Positions 14,985-27,432 of a stretch of 64,000 nt of DNA are shown in pieces. The notes under the pieces were generated by a model, which was given only the letters and a program-made list of their open reading frames with translations, searched no databases and was not told where the DNA came from. Positions within the stretch are counted from its first letter, which is position 1; each line of letters starts with the position of its first letter. Source of the DNA: Octopus vulgaris (Eukaryota); contig OX597827.1 of assembly GCA_951406725.2 (NCBI GenBank), forward strand, positions 52,390,001-52,454,000. The letters are read 5' to 3'. The position numbers were made by a program, and so were the translations under genes.

Positions 14985-15324
14985 CTTCTAATATAGGATA
15001 AAATTCTTTTCTAACAAAAAATTTCATCAAAGTGTGAGCATATTAAAATACCTTTAAAGGTGAAAATTATAAACAATCTATAAACAAGGGCAAAAGAAAA
15101 AAGATTTCTATGCCAATATGCAGAGAATAGACTTTAAATCGTTAATCACCACATTACAATGTACATCCACCATAAATACACATCGTGCTGAAATCGAGGA
15201 AGGCAAGCTAACAAAATTTCGTTATCTCTATACTGAATCAATTTTGTTGGGGTTAATCCCATAGATTTTTCCCTCTTCAGTAGAGAATACGATAAGAAAT
15301 AAAAGAAATACCTACAAGCACCCA

Positions 15325-15440
15325 TGGAAAAAAGCAGAAGCAAGAGTTATGGGTACACATAAGTACCCCAGTTATATCTAAATTTAGATATAACTGGGGT
15401 CCTTATGTGTACACATGACTCTTGCTTCTGCTTTTTTCCA
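15325..15440. repeat. 116-bp spacerless palindrome
   Basis: TGGAAAAAAGCAGAAGC...ATCTAAA|TTTAGAT...GCTTCTGCTTTTTTCCA with 3 mismatched pairs. Confidence 0.95.
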
Positions 15441-15659
15441 AGAAAAGGTTGTTGGGTAATGAGAGGAAAAAGGATCAACTGGTGTGACCACGTGAATACA
15501 TAATATATGAGAATTCACAAAGAAATAAAAGACGAAGACAGGTAGTGTAGACAACAAACAGATGTATTAGTTTAACGCACGGGAAGTGAAAAAGTCTTTA
15601 ACATTTTGAGCCAGCGCTCTTCCACTGAAAGGAATGCAGAAAGAAACAAGAAGAGAAAG

Positions 15660-16860
15660 ACTGAACCTTGGTGGACCCTACCTCTACGTAGAATTCTTCG
15701 CTGTACTCATTGCCAACCCTCACCTTACTGACAGCGTCCCTGTACATGGCTTGCACAGCTGACACTAACCATTCATCTATCCCTAGTTAACTCATTGACC
15801 ACCAGACAAGGGATCGGGGGACCCTGCCAAAGGCTTTCTCCATGTCAACGAAAGCCAGGTACAGACGTTTATCTTTTGCTAGGTATTTCTCCTATAGCTG
15901 TCTTACCAGAAATATAGCATCAGTGGTGCTTTTCCCTGGCACGAAACCAAACTGCATCTCATCTAAACTGACTCTCTCCCTAATTAGTTGGGCTATAACC
16001 CTCTCCGTAACCTTCATTACCTGATCCAACAACTTGATACTTCTGTAATTATTTGTATCTAAAGCGTCACCTATAGCTTTGTAGCAGTTGACTATAGTGC
16101 TACTACACCAGTCATTGAGTATCACCTTCGTGTATCACCTGGTTAACTAAACTATATGGGTAACTAGGCTATAGCCAACACTGCCAGATATTTTGAGCAT
16201 TTCTGTAGTGATTCCTGATGGGCCGGGGGCTTTCCCTGTCTTCATACTCTTAATTGCTTTATCTACCAAGGTACTGTCAACTCGGATAGCTGGTCCCTCT
16301 GTTGGGTCAACATTCGGCAGACTCTCGTTCTCCCATTCATTGTCTTTGTTCAGCAACCTTTCATAGTGGCATCTCCAAACCTCTCTCTTTGCAACCTTGT
16401 TTAGTGCAAGTGAACCATCATCAATGCAGACACATTTCTCTCCTACAACATCACAATTCTCTCTCACATACTGTCTTGCAACACGAAATACCTCAAGTCT
16501 TTGGTTCTCACAGTGCAGAACATTGGCAAATTTTTTCTTATCTACTTCCCCTCTGGCTAAATAAACCTGTCTCCTAGCTTCCCGTCTGGAAGTCTGATAC
16601 AATTCCCTGCTACCACTGTTCTTCCAGTCCTTCCAAGCCTGTTTCTTTTCTCTAATAGCCCTGTCAACAACATTGTTCCACCATCACGATATTTTGGGTC
16701 GAGAGGGGACTTTGCACTATCCACAAATCTGGTCAGTGGCCCTCAGCAAGTTGTCCCATAGAAACCTCCAGCTGTCTTCTACATCATGTGAAGCTATATC
16801 CCCTTCTATTTTGTCAAAAGCTTTGAGTAATATGTCTCTAAATCTCTGTCCATTCACATC
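15660..16860 (-). mobile_element. RTE-clade LINE ORF fragment
   Basis: KAPGPSGITTEMLK, NYRSIKLL, QFGFVPGKSTTDAIFLVRQL, VGVHQGS; same family as 42479-44318. Confidence 0.92.
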
Positions 16861-16861
16861 T

Positions 16862-18567
16862 TAACTTATACTAATTATCAAATAAATATTTAAAAAATAC
16901 GTGTATTAACGAAAAGCATTTAACAATATTTCTTAAAATAAAAATATAACTTATCTTATCAAAGGATTTTCATTAACTAAAAGTTTAAACATAAAACGTA
17001 GAACTTAGCGCTTATATGAAATATATTGCGTGAAAATATGGCATATATAGAATTTATAGAAGAAATATATAGAAATATATACTTAAGCTATTAAAATTTC
17101 AAATGTATTTCAGCTGTAAGAATAAGAAAAAAAATTAACTTTAATATATCATTAACTGGAAAAATTGTAAAGTGTAAATAATTTATATACTAAATACGTA
17201 AAATACATAATATAATAAGCATAAATTAAGCTAAAATCCTATAATTTAATCTCCTTTCATTAATTAATTTATTTATTTAATAAACATCTAATTTTCAACT
17301 TATTCTAATTATGTAATATAGACTATATAATTTCGTGCTAATTTATACACATTTTACTACTACAAATTATAACTACAACAATTAGTAACCTAAAACAGGG
17401 TTTATATATATATACACAAGTTAGCTAAACTCATTATATAAGTAATTTAATTTATGTCTACATTTAATTTTTTGTTCGTCTAGGGAATTAATTAAATTTT
17501 CATTATTAGTTAATAATATCTCCTTAAATTCGTTAATACATAATAAACAAAAATTATTACCTATTCGATATGATTTTTGCCTTACAAGCTATCTTCCAAT
17601 TTATATTGTACTTAATATTTTTAGATTTTAGTTCCCATATATATTTACTAAGGCCAGTAGAATTAATTTAATTTCTATTCTTAAAAGAATTCATGTCTTG
17701 AGCCACCTGTAATTTAATTTTATTAGAAGTCGACCCTATGTAAATTGCATTTAAATTATTACTATTCCTATTATTATCATCAATCAAAGTTACTACACAT
17801 TTATATACTACATCATCAAAATTACATTCATTATTAAATTTACATTTAGTTTTATCTCTACACGTACAATTAATTATATTATTATTATTATTATTGGAAT
17901 AATTATTTGATTTGTTTTTGTAACCAACATTATTAATAATAGAATAACCAACTCCAAAAATATTACTAGAAAAAATGTTGTTATATTTTTTTATCTCTAA
18001 TGAATTTTTGTTCTTATTATTATATTTATTTTTTATATTATTAAATTTATTATTATCATTAAATGAATTAAATTTAATCTTATTTTTAGTCTATTACTAT
18101 ATTTTTGTTTTGTATTATCATAATACATATTATTAATACCATAATTACCTAAATAAAATGTATCATAATTCTTAATGTTAGGTTTATTATTATAAAAAAT
18201 ATAGGAATCATTTATATTATAATCATATTTAGAATTATTAAAGAATTCAATATTATCATTATATCCTGCCTCTTGCAGGCTTCATTATAATAAGGTGCAT
18301 GTTTTTGGAATTCTTAGTTATTAATAAAAGGTCATCCCTATACAGAACACCCTCCAACTTTAATTTTTCTAATTGAAGTTCCGATAATAAATAAATACCT
18401 ACTAAATCAGTTGCCTGTGCAGAATTGGGTGCCCCCATAGGTATATCAAAATGGTCCCTGGTATCCTTCCTAGCCCTAGGAATGACTTATGATGAAGTTA
18501 ATGTTGTTAAAACAGCTAGGAAATCGTTGATTAGATATAATAATAAATTGTGGGCTAGGAAGGATAC
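16862..18567 (-). mobile_element. Penelope-like element fragment: RT core (18300-18476), Asn-rich linker, GIY-YIG endonuclease (17421-17880), inverted 5' piece (18477-18567)
   Basis: Minus-strand translation HFDIPMGAPNSAQATDLVGIYLL...LYRDD; CTCRDKTKC...VVYKCVV...YIGST...LSKYIWELK...INWKI...CLLC...KCRH, typical of PLE GIY-YIG domains; contains stops, frameshifts and an internal deletion. Confidence 0.9.
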
Positions 18568-18741
18568 AACAGTTACTTTTTTTTTTCCGGAAGCATCTCT
18601 GCAGTGGTCTCATGAAGCTCCTTCTGGAATTCCTCATGGGAAGTGCATGAGGGTGGCCATGTCTCAAGTTCATGCATTTTGGCACATCCGCAATGCTGCT
18701 TCTAAGTTATGTATTATATGTGCAGTTTCTTTTGTTTTTAA

Positions 18742-19470
18742 TCCTGGCTGCTTTCCCACATCCTGAAACCCATGCTCTCCATCTTTCCTGGACATGTCAA
18801 GAACTCTGACAAAGTCATCAAAAGACTGCACCAATTGCCTCCAGACCAACTCAGGCAAAACAAACATGTCTCAATGTACACAACGGTACCAGCACACTCG
18901 GTGGTCAGCCTATTGACTGACTATATAGTAGCATTTGACATCCACTGCTTTGGACTCGCTGCAGCTGATATACATCACTATTGTCCATCATTGTGGACAA
19001 CACCAACTTCTCTTTCCATGATCACATATACAAACAGACAACAGGTCTCCCCGTGGGAACCAGTCTCTTGGGCCTAATAGGCATCACTTATATGAACCAT
19101 CTGCAATGTTGAGCACTCAACATTTGCTGCTCACGCGCCTTCTTCACTAGTACATAGATGACATCCTCATACTCACATCTTCCCATGAAGAGGCAGACAG
19201 AATATTCACAATGTTCAACAACATGGACACGAACATACGGTTCACTATAGAACATCTCAACAACACTGGATCCCTATCACTACCCGACTTCCAATTGAAA
19301 ATAATGGAAGGAGAGATCCACACTGAATTCTACAGGAAAGCAACCAGCAGAGATATGTTTGTTCAGTACAGTTCAGCCCTTCCACTAGGTGCCATAGGAT
19401 ATGCCAAGTGCAACATGAGAGGACAAGGTAACCAACACCACACACTTCCTAGAGATATTGAAAACAAATG
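18742..19470 (+). mobile_element. Second Penelope-like RT fragment (different family)
   Basis: WLLSHILKPMLSIFPGHVKNS, VSMYTTVP, GLPVGTSL, YIDDIL, IRFTIE, EFYRKATS...SSALP: PLE RT and thumb motifs with frameshifts. Confidence 0.85.
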
Positions 19471-20040
19471 GTACCCTATATATATATGTATATGCATACA
19501 CATATACATACACACATAAATATCCTCATCATCATCATCGTTTAACGTCCACTTTCCCTGCTAGCATGGGTTGGACGGTTCAACTGGGAAATACATGTAT
19601 ATATATATAATGTATATACATTATATACATATACATGTATTTATATATATACGTATGTATGTATATGTATATGTGTATAGCAAAACTGATAAAAAGAACA
19701 GAATGAACTTGGTGTGGGGAATATCAAACATTTTGGACAGACTTCCTTCATCAAAGAAAATTTTACAGGAGAAAAATTAATGAGAAACAGAAGCATAATT
19801 TTATGTTCTGTAAGGTAAAAAAACTGGCTGCATCTGATAAGGAATGACAGACCATGGGAACTTCATACATGAATAGGAAGTAGAAGAGAGTTAGAAGGAT
19901 AGGGTAATGGAATAAAGTGGAGAAGTGTGTAAATTCATGAGTGATGGGAAGGAAAGATGAGGTGAGGAGAATTGATGTATAAGAAATGGCTTAATGAACC
20001 AAGAGTAGTTATAGCAGTAGAAGAGAAAATGTTAATTTAA

Positions 20041-20260
20041 CCCTTTAGTGTTCAGATTACTCTGTTAAATGTAATACTTTTTCTCTCAAATTGTTTTGAA
20101 TTAATCATGCATTATCTTATAGCTTTGGGGTTTCAATGATGTGATTGTTTATTTTTAGAATGTCAATGTAGGTTAGGTGTGAGAGGCTAGATATGGCCAG
20201 TTTGAATATAAAACATGTAGAATATTTGGGCTGGATATGGCCGGTTTAAATACTAAAGGG
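20041..20260. mobile_element. piggyBac-type TTAA MITE family A (other copies 24597-24816, 26753-26972, 32798-33017)
   Basis: TTAA-CCCTTTAG...CTAAAGGG-TTAA; mutually similar interiors; each 220 bp. Confidence 0.9.
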
Positions 20261-21779
20261 TTAAACCTGTTTGTGACATGGTACCAAGTTCATACATAAA
20301 ACATTGTTTCCTCTGTTTCCTTGAAAATAGGGTTCCATAGTGTGCAGAGATACCACACGATAAGTGAGTGATGTAATTGCCTGTGATGTTGAAGTAAGTG
20401 GCAACTTGTTAACCTGGAATGTGTAGTAATATCATTCAAAATGTGCTCACAAAAGCAATTGGCTGTTTCAGCCTGTTTCCATAAAGCACCCTTTATATTG
20501 GGGAAACAGGCTTATCACAAAGTATACTACTACTATGTATGCCAGGCCATTCCATCACTTACTTGTCTGCATGAAGCATCTCTGCACATCTTGGTTCAAC
20601 ATTCTCAAGAAAACATGCTACCAAGTTCACATATGAACTGGGTAACGTGTCAACACCTGTTTTAAATGAATGGGTTGTGTTTCCTTCTAATTTTACACCT
20701 CATATTTTCGCTTCACTTCACTCTCGACTTTTCCTGTTTTTCTTCCTCATTCCATTTCTCTTTCTTTCTACCTGTTACCCTGTTTCTCTTTCCTACCACT
20801 TCCTGTTTATGTATAGAGCTTTTGTGGTCTTGTTATCCTTATCAGTTGCAACTAGTTTTTCCTAATTTAGTCTCACATCAATTTCTCCCCTATCAACTTT
20901 TCCATGAGTAAAAGCTCTATCTGAAATGTTAGATTTTTCACTCCCCATGACAAGTTCACTACTCTTTTCACTGATTTATTAAATAATACTCTATGGAGTC
21001 TGATTATGTATGTATGTATGTATATATATATATCTAATAGAGAGAGAGAGAGTGCATGAAGAATGATGGACAAACAATTAGAGGTATATGGAATGTATTT
21101 ACATGAAAAGTTTCATGTATCTTGTCTTTACAGCTGTTTCACATGATCAGTGAATGGCTGATATAATAATGCATATGTAAACAGGTGTAATACTGAAACA
21201 ATATTACTCAGAAATGCATAAGCAAAGACAGTAACAATGGCTTGAACTTTGATACCTGTGTGTCTTTGTGCAGCAAATTCACAACATTCTCTTCTACACT
21301 GCTACTGCAACTTGTCTATTACTTCTCTCACTAGATAATTAATCAACTCCAATATCATTGTAAATATTACTTCTATTCACTGTTAATTTTTCTGAAGATT
21401 ATCTCATGAATTTGACATATGAAAATGCTCAGGTTTAAGATTTGTGCCTGTTGATATAATCTGTTGCCTTATATCAACACCTGTCAATACAATATGCGTT
21501 ATCATATTAACCATGAAACAACTGAAAAGACAAGACCAGCTTAAATCATATAAAATGTATTTGTACTGTTTTACATAACTACATTCCTTACCTATAACTG
21601 TTTGTCATTCCTCTTTCATTTATGCTTGATTTCAGTTGTTCTCACCAACTTTTCTACTTCTTGATTACCTGATGTTTGTTAAGTCAAAGTTTAAGAATTG
21701 GATCTCTCTGAGCACTACTTGATAACCATCTACTGCATGCTTACACTCACATTTTCTGACTCATTATATCTATATATAA

Positions 21780-22202
21780 AAGTGTGGCTGTGTGGTTAAG
21801 AAGCTTACTTCCCAATCATATTGTTTTGAGTTCAGTCCCGCTATAAGGCATCATCAGAAAGTGCACTCAATGATAGTCCTAGGCTGACCAAAACATTGTG
21901 AGTGAATTTGGTAGGCATTTATTAAAAGCCCATATATATGTGTATGCATGCATGTGTGTAAGAGTTGGTGTCTCCTTTTCTTGACACCATGTAATAGTTA
22001 TAAAGGAGTGTTCTTGTAATGCACTAGTGTCATTCATTTCCAATCATCCATAAAAATATGTCTGGACATGAAGAAATATTAGCTTACTTAAAACCAGGTG
22101 CAGGTTGACGACAGGAAGGGCATCAGGCTGCAGAAAATTAGTCTAGACTGATTCCATTTCACCAATACAAACATGGGAAAGTGGACATTAAATTGGTGTT
22201 GA

Positions 22203-22204
<2 letters not shown>
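21780..22204 (+). mobile_element. Older SINE with the same head but an RTE-like 3' tail (related minus-strand pieces at ~13750-13935 and ~46600-47220)
   Basis: GTGGCTGTGTGGTTAAGAAGCT head; tail GGAAGGGCATC...CATGGGAAAGTGGACATTAAA..GATGAT like RTE ends. Confidence 0.7.
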
Positions 22205-22279
<75 letters not shown>

Positions 22280-22509
22280 TGTATGTATGTATGTATGTAT
22301 GTATGTATGTATGTTTGTATGTATGTAAGTACATATTTTATATGTATGTATGTATGTACATATGTTATATGTATGTATATACATATATGTTATATATATA
22401 TGTGTATATACATGTTATATATGTGTATATATGTGTGTGTGTATATGCATATATGTCATATGTTAAATATGTGTGTGTATATGTTACATGCTATATGTAT
22501 GTGTGTGTG

Positions 22510-22548
<39 letters not shown>
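22204..22548. repeat. Compound microsatellite (TA)n(TATG)n; similar tracts at 919-1014, 14341-14555, 47780-47885, 48018-48170
   Basis: Directly visible. Confidence 0.97.
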
Positions 22549-22552
<4 letters not shown>

Positions 22553-22907
22553 CGTGTGTGTTATATATTTTCAATAATTTTTTTATGAAACCTTTCTTAC
22601 AACTAAATCAATTTTCTTATGTACCAAATTCTCAGATTAATAAAACTTTTCCTTAGCTAATAAAAGGATTTAAAAAGTGAAATTTTAAAAATACTTTAAA
22701 AAAAAATAAAATAAAAAATAATGCATTTTCCTGCTTGCAGATTAGCATTTGTTACACCAGTGGTTTGACATAAGTTAATATTATTATGCAAAAAAAAAGG
22801 ATAAAATAAAGCTGAAAAACATTTGGTGCATATGTTAATGCTTCAACAAGATGATATAGGATGTAATAAATATACAATCATATATATATATATATATATA
22901 TATATAC

Positions 22908-23201
22908 ATGCCAGTGGCACATAAAAAGCACCATCCGATCGTGTCCATTGCCAGCCTCGCCTGGCCCCCGTGCCAGTGGCACGTAAAAAGCACCATCTGA
23001 CAGTGGCCATTTGCCAGCCCCATCTGGCAACTGTGCCGGTGGCATGTAAAAAGCACCCACTACACTCACGGAGTGGTTGGCGTTAGGAAGGGCATCCAGA
23101 TCAGACTGGGCCTGGTGCAGCCTTCTGGCTTCCCAGACCCCAGTTGAACCGTCCAACCCATGCTAGCATGGAAAGCGGATGCTAAATGATGATGATGATG
23201 A
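22908..23201 (+). mobile_element. RTE 3'-tail fragment (related copies at ~31310-31702 +, 39775-40000 -, 50240-50530 +, 50975-51324 +, 19527-19588 -, 56050-56330 -)
   Basis: Shared GAGTGGTTGGCGTTAGGAAGGGCATCC...CCATGCTAGCATGGAAA...(GAT)n end, also present at the end of the RT-bearing copy. Confidence 0.9.
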
Positions 23202-23823
23202 CATTGATGATATATATAGTGAGAATTTACAAAAATACAAAAGATGGGTGTGTAAACAACAAACAGATGTATTAGTTTAACACTCAGGAAGTGAGAAAGC
23301 CTTTTACGTTTCAAGCCTACTCTCTTCAACAGAAAGGAACACAGAAATGAGAGAAACGACAATAGGAAAAGGCTGAAAGTACAAAAAAGTTTAGAAAAGT
23401 TCAAAAGGTTCAAACGTCGTGGTGTATTGGAGCGATTTTTCATCAATGGAAGAGTCCAGTGTAATCCATGGGTAGGAGAGGTGCAGCCGAAGTATAGGAG
23501 TCCAGGTGTAGGAGAGTAGAAAATCCAGGCAGAGAATCTAGGTAGAATAGTCCAAGAAAAGTTTGAAGCGTTATGAGGTGTGCTGTGAAATGAGACCCTA
23601 TATGAGCCATTTTAGCAGTTTGGTATAAGGGTCACACTGACCAGTTTCCTAATAAATTAACAATTTGCTGCCTTCCTTTCCAATACCAGTCATAATTTGC
23701 TGCCTGTCCTTTCCAATATCAGTCATAATTATTAGAGTACAATAATTATTAGAGTACCTATGCCACATTCTCTTGTATACTTATATTTATACATAACACT
23801 GTGTAATACGATTTTTATTCTGG

Positions 23824-24234
23824 GGTAGCAATTGTTATTTCCTTTTTATTTGCCTCTAGAAAGTACGGAAAAATGGCTAATATTTCCTTCAAACTTTGCT
23901 TTTATTACATTTATTCAAACCCCAAAGAATCCCTTTCAACATGTGGCTATGATGCTCTGCCACTACTCCTTCTCATGATAAGAGATTCACATACTGTCAG
24001 TCACTAATGGACATGCTGAAATGGTTAAATTCAAGGAACTGAAAAGCAAATCTGAAGATTTGCTATACTGATATTTCTGTTTCAGCAACTCAACACTGAA
24101 TCTGTCTGGAATGTTTTGGAAAATAGGTCAATTTCAAAAACATTTGAGTCCACATCACAAAAGCAAAGTTTAAAGGAAATAGTTGTCATTTCCTTTGATT
24201 TCTAGAAAGAAGCAAATAGGAAATAACACTGACC
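23824..24234. mobile_element. Degraded MITE with ~80-bp imperfect terminal inverted repeats
   Basis: TGTTATTTCCT...TCTAGAAA...TATTTCCTTCAAACTTTGCTTTT at left is mirrored by AAAAGCAAAGTTTAAAGGAAATA...TTTCTAGA...AGGAAATAACA at right. Confidence 0.7.
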
Positions 24235-24375
24235 AAAGACAAAAATTTTTTTATTTTGTTATGCAGTGTAATTATAACCAGATTTAGATAATTTTGAAGG
24301 GTTAAGTTGTATATAACCTTTATTGGGTAATTTTCTTGGTTTACCATTTAATTTGTTTTTGTTGTTAGATGAGAC

Positions 24376-27191
24376 ATTTTTTTTGTAATGGCTTTGTTGT
24401 TTTCTTTTTGTACAAATTGTACAGTGTGAGACTTGTTAATTTTATCTCATTAGGTGTGGTTTTCAGATACTATCTCAAGAGCTATTACTCTTCTATATGA
24501 ACTTGAGGAAATAGCTGGAGATATTAGTCATTATGTCAGCTCTGCAAAGACTAAATGTGTCTGATTCAATCAGGAGGGTTCAGTAAGCAAAGTTAACCCT
24601 TCAGCGTTCAGATGTCATTGTCAAATCTATTGCTTATTTATTCATATTGTTTTGAATTAATCACACATTATCTTGTAGCTTCAAGATTTCAATTATGTGT
24701 TTGTATATTTGTAGGGTTACATAGTAGGGTAGGTGTGAGAGGTTGGATTTGGTCAATTTTAACCTAAAACAAGTAGAATATTTGGGCCAACTATGGCAAG
24801 ATTAAATGCTAAAGGGTCAAATAAAACCCTCTAAAATTTGTAGATTCCTTCAATTACTTAGGAGGCAACATTGTATCTAATGAAAAGTCATCACCATCAG
24901 ATGGTGATAAATAAATTGTTCCCCATACCATAGTGGAATCTGTATAATTGAATGGGTCCACTACCTGGACACTTGTCAAACATCTATTAGCAAAGCTTGA
25001 TAGTACCTATGTATGTTGCAGGCAGTTTAAAATTCCTCCAGCGAAAAGCAGCCAACCAAACAGTAACTGTACAGTAATCTTCTGGCAGTCACTGATGTCA
25101 TTAAAGAATAGTGTATGCACTTTTCTAGAAATTGCTGAAGTGTTAAGCAAAAATTCATCAGTGACTCACTCCGATGGACATCCAGTATGGATGTCGTTGG
25201 GTCTACTATCCAACATGAAAACATAACCTCCTTCTGTGGCGGAGGTGAAAATACTATATAGAGCAGCTTTGAGCACACAGGATGTAACTCAGCTGATATA
25301 CTAAATGCTATGGAGGATCCTGATGAGTACCATGATTGAGTTGGGTAAATCCAAGCAAATTATGATATTGCGTGATTTGTACACTGGTTCATTCATAATC
25401 ATTTTACATATTTTATCATAGATTAGATGAATCAGCACTGAGTCAGTTCTAATGGTTTGTGTGGTAGGTTGAAGGGCTCACAGACTCTAATTTAGCACAG
25501 TTTCTGTATTGGAGGCCCTTTCTATCACCAGAGTGTATAGAGGATTGCATTTTCTCATGGCACAGCATGAGAAATATTGTTATGTCCTCAACAAGACGAA
25601 AAGGTCCTCTGATCACTTGACAGCTGCTTTACAGAGTGTACTGCCTTTATTTTACCATAGCATCAACACCAGAGAAGTAGGCTTGTTCCCTACAACACAA
25701 AAGATTTTTGCCAACACTACTAGTTGCTACATTTTCTTTGTCATCTCTTTCATGAGGTGTAATATTTTTCAGATCAATCTTCATCATTTTGATCCAAAGC
25801 TTCCTCAGTCATCTCTATACATATCACAAACCTGCCCAGAACAATCTTCACTTTTGGGTGCAAAAATCTAATTCCTCATAACCAGTTTTCCTGCCAGTTC
25901 ATTTGTATACCATCGTTGATGTTCACAAGTGTTATGCATCCAAAGATCCCATCACACTGCATTTCATACACAAGCATCATACAATCTGTCTTTCACTCTT
26001 TAGAGAGAGAGAAAGAATCTTTATTACTAACTTAAATAGCTCTCTGTTTGTAATTCTTTTAGTGGAAAGTGATCCAAGATCATCCTTGATGTAATTAATC
26101 TATTTACATTCTCAGAATCAAGTTGGAAAATAAGAAAATTCTAAATGTAGACCCAACGGCATCCATACTGGATGTCCATCGGAGTGAGTCACTGATGAAT
26201 TTTTGCTTAACACTTCAGCAATTTCCAGAAAAGTGCATACACTATTCTTTAATGACATCAGTGACTGCCAGAAGATTACTGTACAGTTACTGTTTGGTTG
26301 GCTGCTTTTCCCAGGAGGAATTTTAACCCTTTCATTACTGTATTTATTTTGAGACGCTCTGTGCTTCTTTCAATTACTTTGAATATAACAAAGAATTTAG
26401 TAAAATAACTTAGTTACCATTCAGCTAGTATTAGGAACATAAATTGTGACTAAGGTTTGGTGGAAGATTTTAATTCAAAACTTATGGAAACAAGACATTT
26501 GTACTCAGAGCCAGAGCCGGTTTCAGCCGGGTTGGTAACGAAAGGGTTAAACTGCCTGCAACATACAGAGGTACTATCAAGCTTTGCTAACAGATGTTTG
26601 ACAAGTAGTGGACCCATTCAATTGTACAGATTCCACTATGGTATGGGGAACAATTTATTTATCATCATCTGATGGTGATGACTTTTCATTAGATACAATG
26701 TTGCCTCCTAAGTAATTGAAGGAGTCTACAAATTTTAGAGGGTTCTATTTGACCCTTTAGCATTTAATCTTGCCATAGCTGGCCCAAATATTCTACTTGT
26801 TTTAGGTTAAAATTGACCAAATCCAACCTCTCACACCTACCCTACTATGTAACCCTACAAATATACAAACACATAATTGAAATCTTGAAGCTACAAGATA
26901 ATGTGTGATTAATTCAAAACAATATGAATAAATAAGCAATAGATTTGACAATGACATCTGAACGCTGAAGGGTTAACTTTGCTTACTGAACCCTCCTGAT
27001 TGAATCAGACACATTTAGTCTTTGCAGAGCTGACATGACTAATATCTCCAGCTATTTCCTCAAGTTCATATAGAAGAGTAATAGCTCTTGAGATAGTATC
27101 TGAAAACCACACCTAATGAGATAAAATTAACAAGTCTCACACTGTACAATTTGTACAAAAAAGAAAACAACAAAGCCATTACAAAAAAAAT
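24376..27191. repeat. Long inverted duplication: arms 24376-25206 and 26147-27191 (second arm carries an extra MITE); arms consist of old LINE RT sequence plus MITE A
   Basis: By-eye reverse-complement alignment: about 11 substitutions and 3 small indels over ~830 bp. Confidence 0.97.
26327..26546. mobile_element. piggyBac-type TTAA MITE family B
   Basis: TTAA TSD, TIR CCCTTTCATTAC / GTAACGAAAGGG; empty TTAA site in the paralogous arm at 25027-25030. Confidence 0.95.
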
Positions 27192-27432
27192 TCTAAATGA
27201 AAGACAAGACTTACACTCTGATAAGTAATGTAATGGAAAAGTTTACATTGTAAAAGAATGGTATACTTCCAACTGGAAGAGGCAATATATCAAGAATTAG
27301 TAAAATAACCTTAGGTTCTCTGTTATCATCACAAAAATGGAACACTTTGAAGACATAAATTTTATTGGATTATATGAATTTTTTATGTGAATCTATACAA
27401 CTCTGCAAAGAGAAAAAACATAATTGATAGCC

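Noticed and set aside
17083-17120. Hammerhead at the 3' end of the GIY-YIG PLE
   Set aside because: A stem I-like pairing and GAAA are present, but CTGAAATA does not fit the core and stem II is absent.
16862-18450. Viral insertion, NUMT or contaminant suggested by extreme AT content
   Set aside because: Minus-strand translation gives Penelope-like RT and GIY-YIG motifs.
22088-22656. Long ORFs rich in Y/I/M/V/C/H/T (also 14249-14657, 9971-10233, 47657-48196)
   Set aside because: Translations of TA/TG/TATG microsatellites.
25027-26326. Two near-identical ORFs (25027-25278 minus, 26123-26326 plus) as a duplicated gene
   Set aside because: Antisense frames of degraded LINE sequence inside the inverted duplication.
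26147-27191. Arm 2 as a retrocopy of A-to-I-edited RNA
   Set aside because: Differences include 3 A>G but also 4 T>C and others, so there is no strand-specific editing signature.
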